From NCBI GenBank assembly GCA_951406725.2, contig OX597825.1, positions 76,322,001-76,386,000 on the forward strand: DNA of 64,000 bases, written 5' to 3'. The notes beneath the pieces are model-generated. The model saw only the letters and a program-made list of their open reading frames with translations, did no database searches and was not told where the DNA came from. This stretch comes from Octopus vulgaris (Eukaryota). Both the position numbers and the translations under genes were made by a program. Numbering within the stretch: the stretch's first letter is position 1; each line of letters starts with the position of its first letter. Of this stretch, positions 40,851-52,900 are shown one piece after another.

Positions 40851-41700
40851 CTAGCTGACATACCTGGTAATTCCCGAGAAAGTGGGGCTTATTGTTTGGT
40901 TCTGTTCTCATAATTGTTTCACTAATCCAATAACAACAATACAAAGTATGTAGCCCTAAAAACAGGTTTTGTGCATTTACAGAGAATACTGAACTATCTT
41001 AGACAGGATCTCATTTTTAGGACTTCCCAATAAGTTATGATTACCTAAATTGTGAGGTCAGTTATGTAATGACATGAAATTAGTTAGCCGATAGTAAGAA
41101 TTCAAATAAAGTAGCTCTGAAAAGGGCTTTAATGCATTCTCAGAGTATATATAACATAGGAGGAAATACTAATAAGGTATGTATACTGAAATCATGAAGC
41201 ATTTTACATAATAACAGGCTAATCAGATATGAGATAATAATAATTCAAAGTAAATAACTCTGAAAAGGGCTTTTGTGTGTTCCCAGAGAATATTATCTTC
41301 AGAGGTGCTAGTGTTGGTATATTCATGAATAAGTCACTAACCAAAATAAGTGGATCTATTATTTAGGAAAATGCTATTTACTTGTTTAAAGGTAGTACAG
41401 GATAAATTGCGAAAACAACTCTAACAGTTCAAATAATAGGAAATAAGCATTCTCAATTTCATTTTTACCAAATAATTTAGGAAAATAAATGGGTTATTTC
41501 CCTTGGCTAGATATAAGGATCCCTTCCAGGGCCCCTATTATCGATTTTTTTTTTTTATCAATTTGAGTATGCCATGAGGTTTCTAGGCATGAGTTCTACT
41601 CATATGTCATCATCAAAATTGATAAAATGATGTAGGAGGAGTTAGCTAACAACTCCACAAACACACCCACAGACAGAATTTCCCACATATGTAGTATATA
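40851..41700 (-). mobile_element. Non-autonomous Helitron-like element, copy A
   Basis: Minus-strand 3' end: imperfect hairpin (cctggtaattcccg on +) then CTAG|T; the other end gtaggaggagttagc...cacagacaga resembles the 5' end of element 2092-3775. Confidence 0.6.
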
Positions 41701-42289
41701 CATACATACATACATACATGCATATATATAATATATATATATATATATTTATATATAGGGATATACATGGAAAGAAATAAAAACTGTAAATACTCAGATG
41801 ATGAACACCCATGTCTAAGAATATAAATATTTATATATTTGCAAACTAAATTTACATGGAAATGAAAGGGATAATGCATTGTTTTTAAATCCAATGCCCG
41901 CTTCTTGGAGTTCAGAAATATGTAATATTTGCAATGTTTGCGACTAACAGATAGGGTGTGCAAAAAGTAAAGGATATGCAACCAGTAGATGGATGCAAAG
42001 TGTGAGCAAGGGGTGGGGGAGAGAATAGTGGCATTATTGCCAGCTGATGCATTAAGCTGACTTCCTTCATTATTGGGACACGATTGGTAAACTGTAGTTC
42101 ACATTTTGTTGCAAGAAAATTTAAGGGTAGAATATATGTGTGTATATATTGCTTGCTTCCAATGTTATCCAGCCAAACTGGCGCATAATGGCAAAATACT
42201 ATGAAATAAGTTCCCCTGAAATGTAAATATGAATGGAATAGAACAAAATTTGCATAATTCGAACAAGTGGTTGTGAAGATATTAGGGTT

Positions 42290-43578
42290 TTCAGAGTACT
42301 TTGAAAATTCGGCTTTAGGATCAATACCACTAAAACCAACCCTATGGCTGCGATATGTTGATGACACCTTCATACTCTGGCCCCCACCAGGAAGATGTCC
42401 AAGTGCTGTTAGATCATGTGAACTCAATAAAGCCATCCATACAGTTTACAATGGAAAAAGAGAAAGACAATCAGCTAGCATTCCTGGACATATTAATAAC
42501 ATGCACCAAGTATGGATTCAGGACATCTGTATAATGCAAGCCGACCTTCACTGGACAATACCTCAACTTCAAATCCCACCATCCATACAGTGTAAAGAGA
42601 GGGATTGCTCAGTGACTAAAACATTGAGCAATGAATATAAGTAGCGATCGTGATACCCACCACGAAGAAATGATCAAGCTCAGTAACAATCTAATGAGCA
42701 ACAATTACCCCCAAAGCATACTCTCCACTCCAATTATGAACAAAAGAAAGGATGAAACTGATAAACTGTACACATCTGTCTACCCTTTGTAAAAGGCCTC
42801 TCCAAAAAGATACAAAAGATATGCAGCCCATATGGCATCAGGACAGTATTCAAGAGTAATACAACACTTTGCAAATATCTCCTTCGAGTAAAACCACCAA
42901 TAGAAGAGAATATGACTAAGAACTGCATGTACTCCATCACATGCAGCTGTGGTAGGTTATACAAAGATGAAACATGCCACCCCCTCAAAATAAGGGTAGA
43001 GGAACATCGCAAACTGTGACATGGGGAGATATTGATAAATTGGGTAAAGCTGATCATGTATGGAAAAATGGAGACCACCTCCCCCTATGGGATGAAGTTA
43101 AAATAATAGACAGAGAACAACACTGGAAAATTCGAAAACTAAAAGAAGCAGCACATATGCTAGGACACAACAACCTCCTAATCAGACCGAGTGCAGATAT
43201 GAACAGCATAGGGATTGAATTTTAGGGCTTATAAATCTAATATTCTCCTATCCTTCCTTAATACTGGTTCCCCTATGCTGTTCATATCTGCACTCAGTCT
43301 GATTAGGAGGTTGTTGTGTCCTAGCATATGTGCTGCTTCTTTTAGTTTTCGAATTTTCCAGTGTTGTTCTCTGTCTATTATTTTAACTTCATCCCATAGG
43401 GGGAGGTGGTCTCCATTTTTCCATACATAATCAGCTTTACCCAATTTATCAATATCTCCCCATGTCACAGTTTGCGATGTTCCTCTACCCTTATTTTGAG
43501 GGGGTGGCATGTTTCATCTTTGTATAACCTACCGCAGGCTATTAACCCCAAGATTTCAAGTTCGATTCCAGGCAGTGA

Positions 43579-43609
<31 letters not shown>

Positions 43610-43770
43610 TGTAATAATATGAACAACATCGAAAAATACCTTAGGAATGAGAACCTAGGTTTGAAATTTCCCCAAGACACTAGATGAAAGCTGGAGGGTA
43701 TATCAGTCAAGTCGTTATGTTAACAACAAACAAGATGAGGACAAATATCTGTCAATTGTAAATAATGTAA
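42290..43770 (+). mobile_element. Decayed Penelope/Poseidon-type PLE (RT C-terminus + GIY-YIG), copy A, with internal inverted duplication
   Basis: LWLRYVDDTF, FTMEKE, LAFLDILI, YLNFKSHHP, LPFVKGLS, YSITCSCGRLY, RVEEH, RKLKEA. Confidence 0.88.
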
Positions 43771-44793
43771 ATCATGTATATAATTTGATCACTTAACATT
43801 CCTCTCTCTCTCTCTCACTTTCTTTCTCTCTACCTCTCACTTCAACAAATACTTTAGCCATGTTATTCCCCTCTTTACGTCATTATCATTTTTCTCTCTC
43901 TCTCTCTCTCTTTCTCTTCATCTCTCACTTCCAGTAACCACATGACAGCTTAATACATCAGCTGCCAATAATTGCAGCTAGATTCTTCTTTCTTTTTCCA
44001 TACAAATATGAAGATTTCAAATAATTAATAATTTTCTGCATACATCATTGAGTAAATCAACCCTAAAATTATTTGTCCAAATTCTTAAACTCTGAGCAAC
44101 ATTAATGCTTTAGCCATTTTAAAAAGTATTACATTTTTATCCATTTTCATGTGTCAACATTGGTTGGAAAAGTTCTTGAAAATTTCAATAATGACATGTG
44201 ATTGACTGGAGATATTGATTTTACAGCTGTTTGTCTTTTTTATTGCTGACAACACAACTGTGAATTGAACCACTAAATGTAGAAAATGTCTTTCCCAGGG
44301 ATTGAATAGGAACAATAAGATTTGAGCTCATAATACTGATCTTCACAGTTGAGCATATTAATCTTACAATTATTACATTTCCTTGTGTGTGTGTGCACAT
44401 GTGTGTGTGCACATGTGTGTGTGTATGTGTATGCATGTTTGTGTGTGTGTGTATTTGCATGCATGTTTGTGTGTGTGTGTGTGTATTTGCATGCATGTTT
44501 GTATGTCTGTGCATGAGTGTGTATGTGTATCAGTATGCATGTGTAAATGTATGTGTACATGAGTGTGTATGTACACATCTGTGTGTTTGTGTGTGTGGTG
44601 CATGAGTGTGTGTGTGTAAATGTGAGTAAGAGTGTGTGGGGGGGGGTACAAGTGTGTGTGGGGGTACAAGTGTGTGTACATGTGTGTGGGGGGTACAAGT
44701 GTGTGTATATGTGTGTGTGTGTAAGTGAAAAATATTCCTTAAGGGGTTTAAAAGAGAAAAGAATAAAGAAGAGTTCTAAAGCAAAAATCTTAC

Positions 44794-44881
44794 ATTTTTC
44801 TAAATTCACCTCCTTGTTAGCACAATTTGATGAGCATCTGCCGACATACTTTGCTGGAAGATCTGGATTTTCAACAGTTGC
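44794..44881 (-). CDS. Host gene exon (short exon, phase 0 to 1): ATVENPDLPAKYVGRCSSNCANKEVNLEK
   Basis: Acceptor ttgaactattttattttag|, donor |gtaaga; 88 nt = 29 codons + 1; size and phase class match exons 13479-13575 and 1950-2043; T+GG joins exon 24304-24515 in frame. Confidence 0.65.
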
Positions 44882-45374
44882 CTAAAATAAAATAGTTCAA
44901 CAAAGTTAACAACAGTATAGTATTTAGAATGGTTTGATGATGATAGTAAAGATTATAATCATTATCTTCATGCTGTTGATGACAATGATAGTAAAACATT
45001 TATAATGTACAGCCAGGACTCTGATTCTCAGTCAAAAATCATTTGAATTAGTCTACACACGCACATACGTGTATGTACATATATCATCATCATTTAATAT
45101 CCATATACTATGCTGGCATGAGATTGATGATTTGACTGGATCTAATGCAACCAAGGACTGCATCAAGCTCCAATGTCTGTTTTACACAGTCTTTCAAGCT
45201 GGGCACCCTTCCCAACACCAAAGCTTAAACTGGGTGCTTTTTAAATATCGCCTGGACTATTGAAATCTCCATGAAGTGCACAGAACTACAAATCCTAGGA
45301 CAGATGTAACAAGGGCAGTTTCATGCTTGGAGCTGAAGTTGATCACTATGATGAAGGGGCCGAACAGGCATGAC

Positions 45375-45515
45375 TGTCTGGGGTAGTTTACTTCCCATTC
45401 ACATGGTTTCAGGTTCAGTCCTACTATAAGGCACCTTGGACAAGTGACTTCTACTATAGCCTCAAACTGACCAAAACCTTGTGAGTGAATTTGGTAGGTG
45501 GAAGTACTGCCATGT
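45375..45515 (+). mobile_element. CORE-type SINE (second copy at ~62995-63135)
   Basis: ggttcagtcc...ggcaccttggacaagtgacttctactatagcc...ccttgtgagtgaatttggtag. Confidence 0.65.
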
Positions 45516-45650
45516 GTATATGCATATGAGAAAGATATATATATATATATATATTGATAAAACGGTAAGATAACAAAAGAAAGAAAGAGACCTCAATATT
45601 ATGTAAATAGAGGAAATTTATCTATACAATATGTTACATTACTCGGTAGT

Positions 45651-45716
45651 CAAGATAAAACTCTGAGTTTCAGATGCCGAAGTGGAAATCCACAACACCA
45701 TCTCTTCGGTTATCTG
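45651..45716 (-). ncRNA. Hammerhead-like motif with variant core CCGAAGA, in the inverted terminal repeat
   Basis: Minus strand: cagauaa CCGAAGA gaug...cauc u GAAAC UCAGA GUU uuaucuug. Confidence 0.55.
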
Positions 45717-46016
45717 GCTATTTGAAAACGTTATGAAAAAATACCGTTAAAAATGAAGGGAAATTACTCTGTTATAACTCTGCTTTGCCTGCGTACTTAT
45801 ACATCGCTCGCATTTTTCGTCATAAAAATTATATAAAAATACATAAAAATATATAAAAATATATAAAAATATATAAAATCTTCTTGGGACATAACACAGA
45901 AAGCATGTTCTATCCGAAAGCATGATAAGGATATAATCTTCCATGCTAGAAAGACATTACTTTTCAGTGAGAATGCAAAGTGGGTAAAAAACACCGACAC
46001 GGAGGGCGCTTTCGAT

Positions 46017-47210
46017 GTGAGCATGGGTTCATATGATGGGGCAGGCATCTGTGATCTAATTGGACTCTTTCTCCTAGATACCTTCGGTAAGACATTCCCT
46101 AACGTACATTTCGCCATCTACAAAGATGATGCCCTCGCCTTAACAGCTAATACAAATGGACCAGCACAAGATCGTTTTAGGAAGGATATTATCCAGTTAA
46201 TGAAACACTTCGGACTTAGTATAACTATAGACACTAACCTGACGGTTGTCAATTTCTTAGACGTTTCCTTAGATCTTAATAATAATATTTATAAGCCTTA
46301 TAGGAAGCCCAATGATAGACTAAGTTATATTAATGTAGGTTCATGCCATCCCCCTATAGTATTCAAAAATTTAGTTAAAAATATTAGTAAGAGGATTTCT
46401 AGCCTCTCATCTAATGAGGACATCTTCAATAGCGTTGCCCCAGTTTATAATAAAGCTTTAAAAGATAGTGGTTTTAGCGAAAAAATAAAATATACACCTA
46501 TCACCAGCCCAACAATAAGGAAAAGGAATAATAGAAATAGGAAGGTCATCTGGTTTACGCCCCCTTACTCACCCGAGGTGGCCTTCAATATAGGTAAATA
46601 TTTCCTAGCACTGATAGATAGACATTTTCCAGTTAACCATGCTTATAGGAAACTCTTCAATAGACACAATTTAAAAATTAGTTTTAGTTCAACTACCAAT
46701 TTTAAAAACATAATCAATCATAACATACAAAAAACACAAGAAGAAAACAGCTGTTCATGCAGGAATAAAGAATTGTGCCCGCTAAATGGAGCTTGCATGT
46801 CCAAGACCATCATATATGAAGCTACCGTAAACTCTATAACCACTAAAGACACCGTTTCGACGAAGAAATACGTGGGCCTGACAGAGGGTAATTTCAAGGC
46901 CAGGTTCAATAACCACACTTTGAGCTTTAGGCACTGGAACAAAAGAAAAGCGACACAATTATCCAATCATATTTGGTCTTTAAGAGATAAAGGTGTCGAT
47001 TATAACATACAATGGAAGATTTTGGCCAGATGTAAGCCCTATACTAACGGCAGCGGAAGGTGCGGTTTATGCGACATGGAGAGATGGCTTATCTGGAAAA
47101 GCAGCTTAGACCCTACCACATGTCTAAATGCAAGGACAGAGCTTTTCGGATCATGCCCACATGTGACTAAATTTCTGTTACGTTTTTGGTCCCCTAAAGA
47201 AAACGGATAG
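46017..47210 (+). CDS. PLE reverse transcriptase C-terminal half plus GIY-YIG endonuclease (N-terminally truncated)
   Basis: 397-aa ORF with RT motifs and a GIY-YIG domain; the frame stays open upstream to ~45918. Confidence 0.85.
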   Translation: MSMGSYDGAGICDLIGLFLLDTFGKTFPNVHFAIYKDDALALTANTNGPAQDRFRKDIIQLMKHFGLSITIDTNLTVVNFLDVSLDLNNNIYKPYRKPNDRLSYINVGSCHPPIVFKNLVKNISKRISSLSSNEDIFNSVAPVYNKALKDSGFSEKIKYTPITSPTIRKRNNRNRKVIWFTPPYSPEVAFNIGKYFLALIDRHFPVNHAYRKLFNRHNLKISFSSTTNFKNIINHNIQKTQEENSCSCRNKELCPLNGACMSKTIIYEATVNSITTKDTVSTKKYVGLTEGNFKARFNNHTLSFRHWNKRKATQLSNHIWSLRDKGVDYNIQWKILARCKPYTNGSGRCGLCDMERWLIWKSSLDPTTCLNARTELFGSCPHVTKFLLRFWSPKENG

Positions 47211-47403
47211 AACATGCTTTCTGTGTTATGTCCCAAGAAGATTTTATATATTTTTATATATTTTTATATATTTTTATGTATTTTTATATAATTTTTATGA
47301 CGAAAAATGCGAGCGATGTATAAGTACGCAGGCAAAGCAGAGTTATAACAGAGTAATTTCCCTTCATTTTTAACGGTATTTTTTCATAACGTTTTCAAAT
47401 AGC

Positions 47404-47469
47404 CAGATAACTGAAGAGATGGTGTTGTGGATTTCCACTTCGGTATCTGAAACTCAGAGTTTTATCTTG
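47404..47469 (+). ncRNA. Type I hammerhead ribozyme
   Basis: cagauaa CUGAAGA gaug...uauc u GAAAC UCAGA GUU uuaucuug; stem I agauaa/uuaucu; stem III ACUC-A-GAGU. Confidence 0.7.
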
Positions 47470-48450
47470 ACTACCGAGTAATGTAATATATTGTATATAT
47501 ATATATATATATATATGTAGGAGAGTTCATGAAAAAAACAAAAAATGAAGACAGGTGGTGTACAAAACAAACAGATGTATTAGTATAATGCTCAGGAATA
47601 GAAAAAGTCTTTTATGTTTCGAAAGGGACACAGAAAAAAACAAAAACAAGGAGAGATGTGTGTAGTGGCTACCGATCTATCATGGTCACTGCCAGACAGA
47701 AGGGTCACACAGGAGAGCGAAGAATTAGGGGAGATAACAAAGTAAAGATGACCCCCACCCCAACTCGAAGGTGCGTGTGTGTATAAGAGAGTATGTATGT
47801 GCATGTGAAAGAGGGCTGGTGGTCTGGACGTGTGCGTGTATGCATGTGTAGGTGTGAAAATGTGGGGATGGGAATTGGTCAGTGCTGGTGTGTGGGTGGT
47901 GTGTTGTGATGTGATGTGTAATGTTGTATGGTGTAGTGTAGTGTGATGTTAGGAGGTGGGGGAGGCGAGAGTGGGGAAAGCATGGGTGGGGTGTGGGTTC
48001 TGCTGGGGGTTGGGGTAGGCAGAGGTGGGGTTAGGTGGAGTATGTGGGAGAGGGTGTAGGGGATAGGATGGGGGCATGAGAAGGATAGGAAATGTGGAGT
48101 AGGAATGGTAAGGGTGGGGTGGGCTTATGGGGGAGGTTTGCCGATGAAGGGGGAAGGGGAAGGTGGATATGTGAGGAGAGAGTAAGAGAGAAGAGAGAAA
48201 GAGAAGGATATATATATATCTTTTTCTTTTTATTTGTTTGTCATTTGACTGGCCAGGCTGGAGCACCGTCCTTTAGTCAAATGAATCGACCCCAGGTCTT
48301 ATTCTTTTGTAAGACTTGTACTTTTTCTATCAATATCTTCTGCCGAACCACTAAGTTACAGGGATATAAACACACCAACATCAGTTGTCAAGCAATGTTG
48401 GGGGGGGGGGACCAAGACAGATATACAAACATATATATATATATATATAC

Positions 48451-49839
48451 ATGCAAGAAATAAGGTGGAGAGGAGGATCAGCTAGGTTCCTCACAGGCAA
48501 GGAATGCAGGTACAAGATTTTCTGGGCAGGGAACACTGACGGGGTTGGTGGCGTGGGTATACTTATCGCTGAGAAATGGGTAGATAAAGTAATTGAGGTA
48601 ATCAGAGTAAGTGACAGAATACTTAAGATTAGATTAGTGCTTCATCATAGTTTAGCAACCATTATATCAGCCTATGCTCCTCAGTCGGGGCTACCCGATG
48701 GACAGAAAGACCGATTCTATGACACTCTACTGCAGACTACCTCATTGACGAACGACAGAGACCTTATCTTTGTGGCTGGTGACTTCAATGGTCACGTTGG
48801 ACGACATGCTGGGGGCTTCCATGGCGTACATGGAGGCTATGGCTATGGCTCCCGCAACGAGGAGGGAACCAGGCTGCTGGAGTTCTGCGATGCAAATAAT
48901 CTTATGATTTGCAACACTAACTTCAGGAAACCTACCAGCCACCTAGTCACTTACCAATCGGGCCAACATACCAGCCAAATTGACTACATCCTTACAAGGC
49001 AAAGGGAGAGATGGCTGCTTATAAATGCCAAAACCTTCCCAGGTGAAGAATGTACCCCACAACATAGACTGGTAGTTAGTGACTTTAGGATCAGGACTAG
49101 GAGGACAACCAGAAGACGACAAATATGGAGAAGAAGGATCTGGAAGCTTAAAGATCCTGCAAATGGACAGAGATTTAGGGACATATTACTTGAAGCCTCT
49201 GACGAAGTAGAAGGGGATAGAGCATCACAGGGGGTAGAAGACAGCTGGACGTTTCTAAGGGACAACCTGCTGAGAGCCACTGACCAGATCTGTGGCTGGT
49301 GCAAAGTCCCCTCTCGACCTAGAATAACGTGGTGGTGGAACAATATTGTAGACAGGGCTATTAGAGAAAAGAGACAGGCTTGGAAGGTCTGGAAAAATGG
49401 GGGTAGCAGGGAATTGTATCAGACTGCCAAAAGAGAAGCTAGGAGACAGGTTTATTTAGCCAGAGGGGAAGCAGATAAGAAAAAATTTGCCAATGTTCTG
49501 CGCCGTGAGGACCAAAGACTGGAGGTGTTTCGTGTTGCAAGACAGTGTGTGAGAGAGAATCGTGATGTGGTAGGAGAGAAGTGTGTTCGCATGGAAGATG
49601 GTTCACTTGCGCTAAATGAGGATGCAAAGAGAGAGGTTTGGAGATGCCACTATGAAAGGTTGCTGAATGAAGAAAATGAATGGGATAAAGAGAGTCTGCC
49701 GAATGTTGACCCAACAGAGGGACCAGCTATCCGAGTTGATAGTTCTGTGGTAGCTAAGGCAATTAGAAGCATGAAGACAGGGAAAGCCCCAGGCCCATCA
49801 GGAATCACTGCAGAGATGCTCAAAATGTCTGGAAGTGTT
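48451..49839 (+). mobile_element. Young RTE LINE (AP endonuclease to start of RT), cut by the assembly gap
   Basis: Open frame with QEIRW, ISAYAP, AGDFNGHVG, SQIDYIL, PQHRLV, KAPGPSGITAEM; starts in (TA)n. Confidence 0.95.
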
Positions 49840-49939
49840 NNNNNNNNNNNNNNNNNNNNNNNNNNNNNNNNNNNNNNNNNNNNNNNNNNNNNNNNNNNNN
49901 NNNNNNNNNNNNNNNNNNNNNNNNNNNNNNNNNNNNNNN
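49840..49939. other. Assembly gap (100 N)
   Basis: Exactly 100 N, typical of a scaffold join of unknown size. Confidence 0.99.
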
Positions 49940-52900
49940 TTGGTTCTCATGTAATAAACTTCACATGTTAGTATTGAAGGAGAATTTCTGTACTTTATTC
50001 CATAGGTGTGAAGACTTAATGCTTCTTTAATTTCATCAGATCTTGTTCCTCTCAGAATGACTGATAATGTCTGCCTGAAGTCGTCTGATAAAACTAATGT
50101 AACTCCTCCCATAGATTTATTGTTGCCTCTTATGTCCTGTAAGGTCTTATCAAGAGCTTCCATTGCACCTCTATGTGACATGGTGCATTCATCCCAGATG
50201 ATCAGGTGGCATTGGCACAACACTTCTGCTGAACCTGAACCTTTGCTTATGTTACAAATTGAACTCTCATTTCTGACAAGATTTAGCAACAATTTAAAAG
50301 CAGAATGAGCTGTTTATCCTCTTGGGAGAAGCGGAGCAGCAATGCCAGGTAATGCTACAGCAACTGAAAATCTTTTTTCTTGCTTTATCTTGGAGAAAAG
50401 CAATGTTGCTACAAATGTTTTACCTGTGCCACCAGGAGCATCTGATTGACAAAATAATTTTATCATATGCACAGTATTGTTGTGGAAGATGTTCATGTTC
50501 ATTCACAAATGCAGCCAACTGTGTGATGTCATGTCTCTCTTGCTATGTCTTTTAAAGTTAAATCACAAATTTGACAGTTTGTTTTTGGCAGTCCAGAGCC
50601 AGACTCTTGTAAATTTTTGCCTCCCATGGCCAAAACTTCAATTCAATTAATGCTTGGTGAAAAATTATTTCAGAGAACTGAATATTGATATCTGGGTTTG
50701 CCAGTTGAACTGCCAACTTTAAGACCTCAGCCATGTCCGTTACAGGGTTTCCTTGGAGAATCTGATACTGATGCTTCAGTCAATGCAAGGTCCCAATGCT
50801 CATCATTTTCTAAAAAACCTTGTTGATAGCATGCTTCCCTATAAATTTCACACACATGACCATTTACCCTCCTCAAATCTTGGAATGATTTGGGATTACA
50901 TACTTCATGCAAAAGGAACTGTTAGTAATAGCATTCTGCTTGGTTTGGGTCGACACTGTAAACCCTTGGCAGAACGTCAGCCCCACGTGCCATTTATTGT
51001 TTCTCCAGGTGTAATACTTGGGTAACTCTGAGTAGAGAAATTTTCTTGCATCTTCATCTACTTGACACAACTTTAAAAAGGCAGTAAGGGTAGTTTCTTT
51101 TGAAGAAAGTGCTTGTTGCAAGGCTGTTTGTTTTGTAAGAATAATCCTTTGGCCATTCTCTAGATAGATACTCACATGGATGATAGCTGGGTGCCTCTCA
51201 TGAATGAGAAAATTAAAGATGCACCAAAAAGCCTCATTGCTACTGATGTATTTTCCTTTGTCATACTGTGCATCCTCATCATTTTTATTTGTCTGCTGAC
51301 TGCCACTCTGCATAAAAGTGTATGTTGCAGCAACTAAACCTTTGTTTATATATATGCAAACATACTTAATAGAGTTAACAGAGTTGCAGAATCCAACATT
51401 GATATGGGTTTTGAAAGTTTTTGTAAGAAGAGAACAGTAGGGTACAACCCACTGATTGTCAATGATGGATTCTTGCCCATTTTTCATTCTTTTTCGAAGT
51501 AAATCCACCATGCCCAGGTTTTCTTCTTCTGTAAAGTGGGTAGCTACTTTCTCCAGTTTGGGTTTCTTGTACAGAGGGACATGGGTAGTTCTTGGTACAC
51601 TTATTATACCTCATGCATGGGAAGGATGGATTAACTGAACCACAGGGCCCATGGATCATATGGGACTTGACAATTTCATGCGCAGCAAAGGATCTTGGTG
51701 TGGATCAGGCAGTTCAGCTGAGAAAAATAAATCAATATCATTTGGTCAAAGTTTTTCATGTAATCAAATCAAAATGTGGGTATGTGGAAATCCTTGTTTG
51801 TGTCATTCAAATTGTGTACATGTCACATTTGACTGTTCCAAAGACTTTGCCTTTTTTTAGGAGATCCAACAGCTTTATGACTTTAAGTCTGAACAGCCTA
51901 GCTATAATATCATGCGATATTTAGCTTCTTGATGATGATAAAGCTTACTCTTTATTTCATGCCATTTAGGGTTACATGTGTTGGTAATGAAGAGATCTGG
52001 ACAATCACAGTGTCTGACATATGTAAGTGCATCTTGGGTACACTCATACATATACCATGGACTTGCTGTAAAGCTTGGTGGAACAATGGCACAAAGCTGT
52101 CCAATGTTTTCAGCAGTCAATGCTCCTTCATTACTAATTGCATCTCTCAGGTGAATGTAATCTGATGCACGGTGATCTTTCTGATGTGTTTTAATGTAAA
52201 AAAGCCTTTTCCCTTCAATTTTTGCATACATATCAACTGCAAATTGCTGGAAGAGCTCACGTGAACAATGAAGAATATTGCTCTCTTAATATGAATAGGT
52301 AAGCATAGAATTCCATGCAGCTTACTACTTTCATCAGTGCAGGATCTCTTGTTTTAAGATCTGTTTTTTTCCTTATTCCAAAAGTGATATCCATCTTGGT
52401 CAAATACACAGATTAATGGATACTGGAGTGCATCATATGATCGGAGGGTTGCATTTATTCACTGAATATTATTTCTTCTTCCTTAAATAATAATATCTCT
52501 CTTCCCATACTTGTTGCCTGTAATAATTGCTGCTATTTCATAAGCAGCAGAGGCATCGTAGTGGCCTCTGTGCTCAGATTTTTGTCTGCATCAATAACTA
52601 TCTCGTATTCAGTGGGTAGTGCAGATTCCAATGCATACTTGAGGCTTCTGATGTAGCTATTGTTTGCATGCAACATATCTTGCAGATCAAAGATTAACTC
52701 TTCTTTCAAATTTGGATGGTTAAATGACCATTGCTAAGCCTGCTCCTTGTAATTTGCCACAAAATATAACTGTAAAAACTGAGGATTTTGCTTTCAGTTG
52801 GCAACAAAGATCCAGTATGATGGTATACTTGACTGTGAACTTTAAAAGTTGGCTTCATGTTTCCTACTCTTATAACACTGCTACCAAAGGAGGTCATTTA

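Larger units (their letters stand above)
45555..47497 (+). mobile_element. Young 5'-truncated Penelope-like element (Hydra-clade-like) with inverted terminal repeat; absent from copy B
   Basis: Uninterrupted frame ~45918-47210: FDVSMGSYDGA, YKDD, VNFLDV, HPP, RKVIWFTPP, CSCRNKELCPLNGAC, IIYEA...YVGLTE, CGLC; 45623-45916 is an inverted copy of 47204-47497; both ends in (TA)n. Confidence 0.93.

Noticed and set aside
44221-44380. Conserved unique segment reading [14 protein letters not shown]... in both copies
   Set aside because: No polypyrimidine acceptor (it follows (CA)n) and it does not fit the exon pattern; A/B similarity is expected from the duplication
47518-47640. Repeat with a GAAAC-AUA-like half motif on the minus strand (also 63408-63530)
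   Set aside because: No CUGAnGA half nearby, so no hammerhead can be drawn
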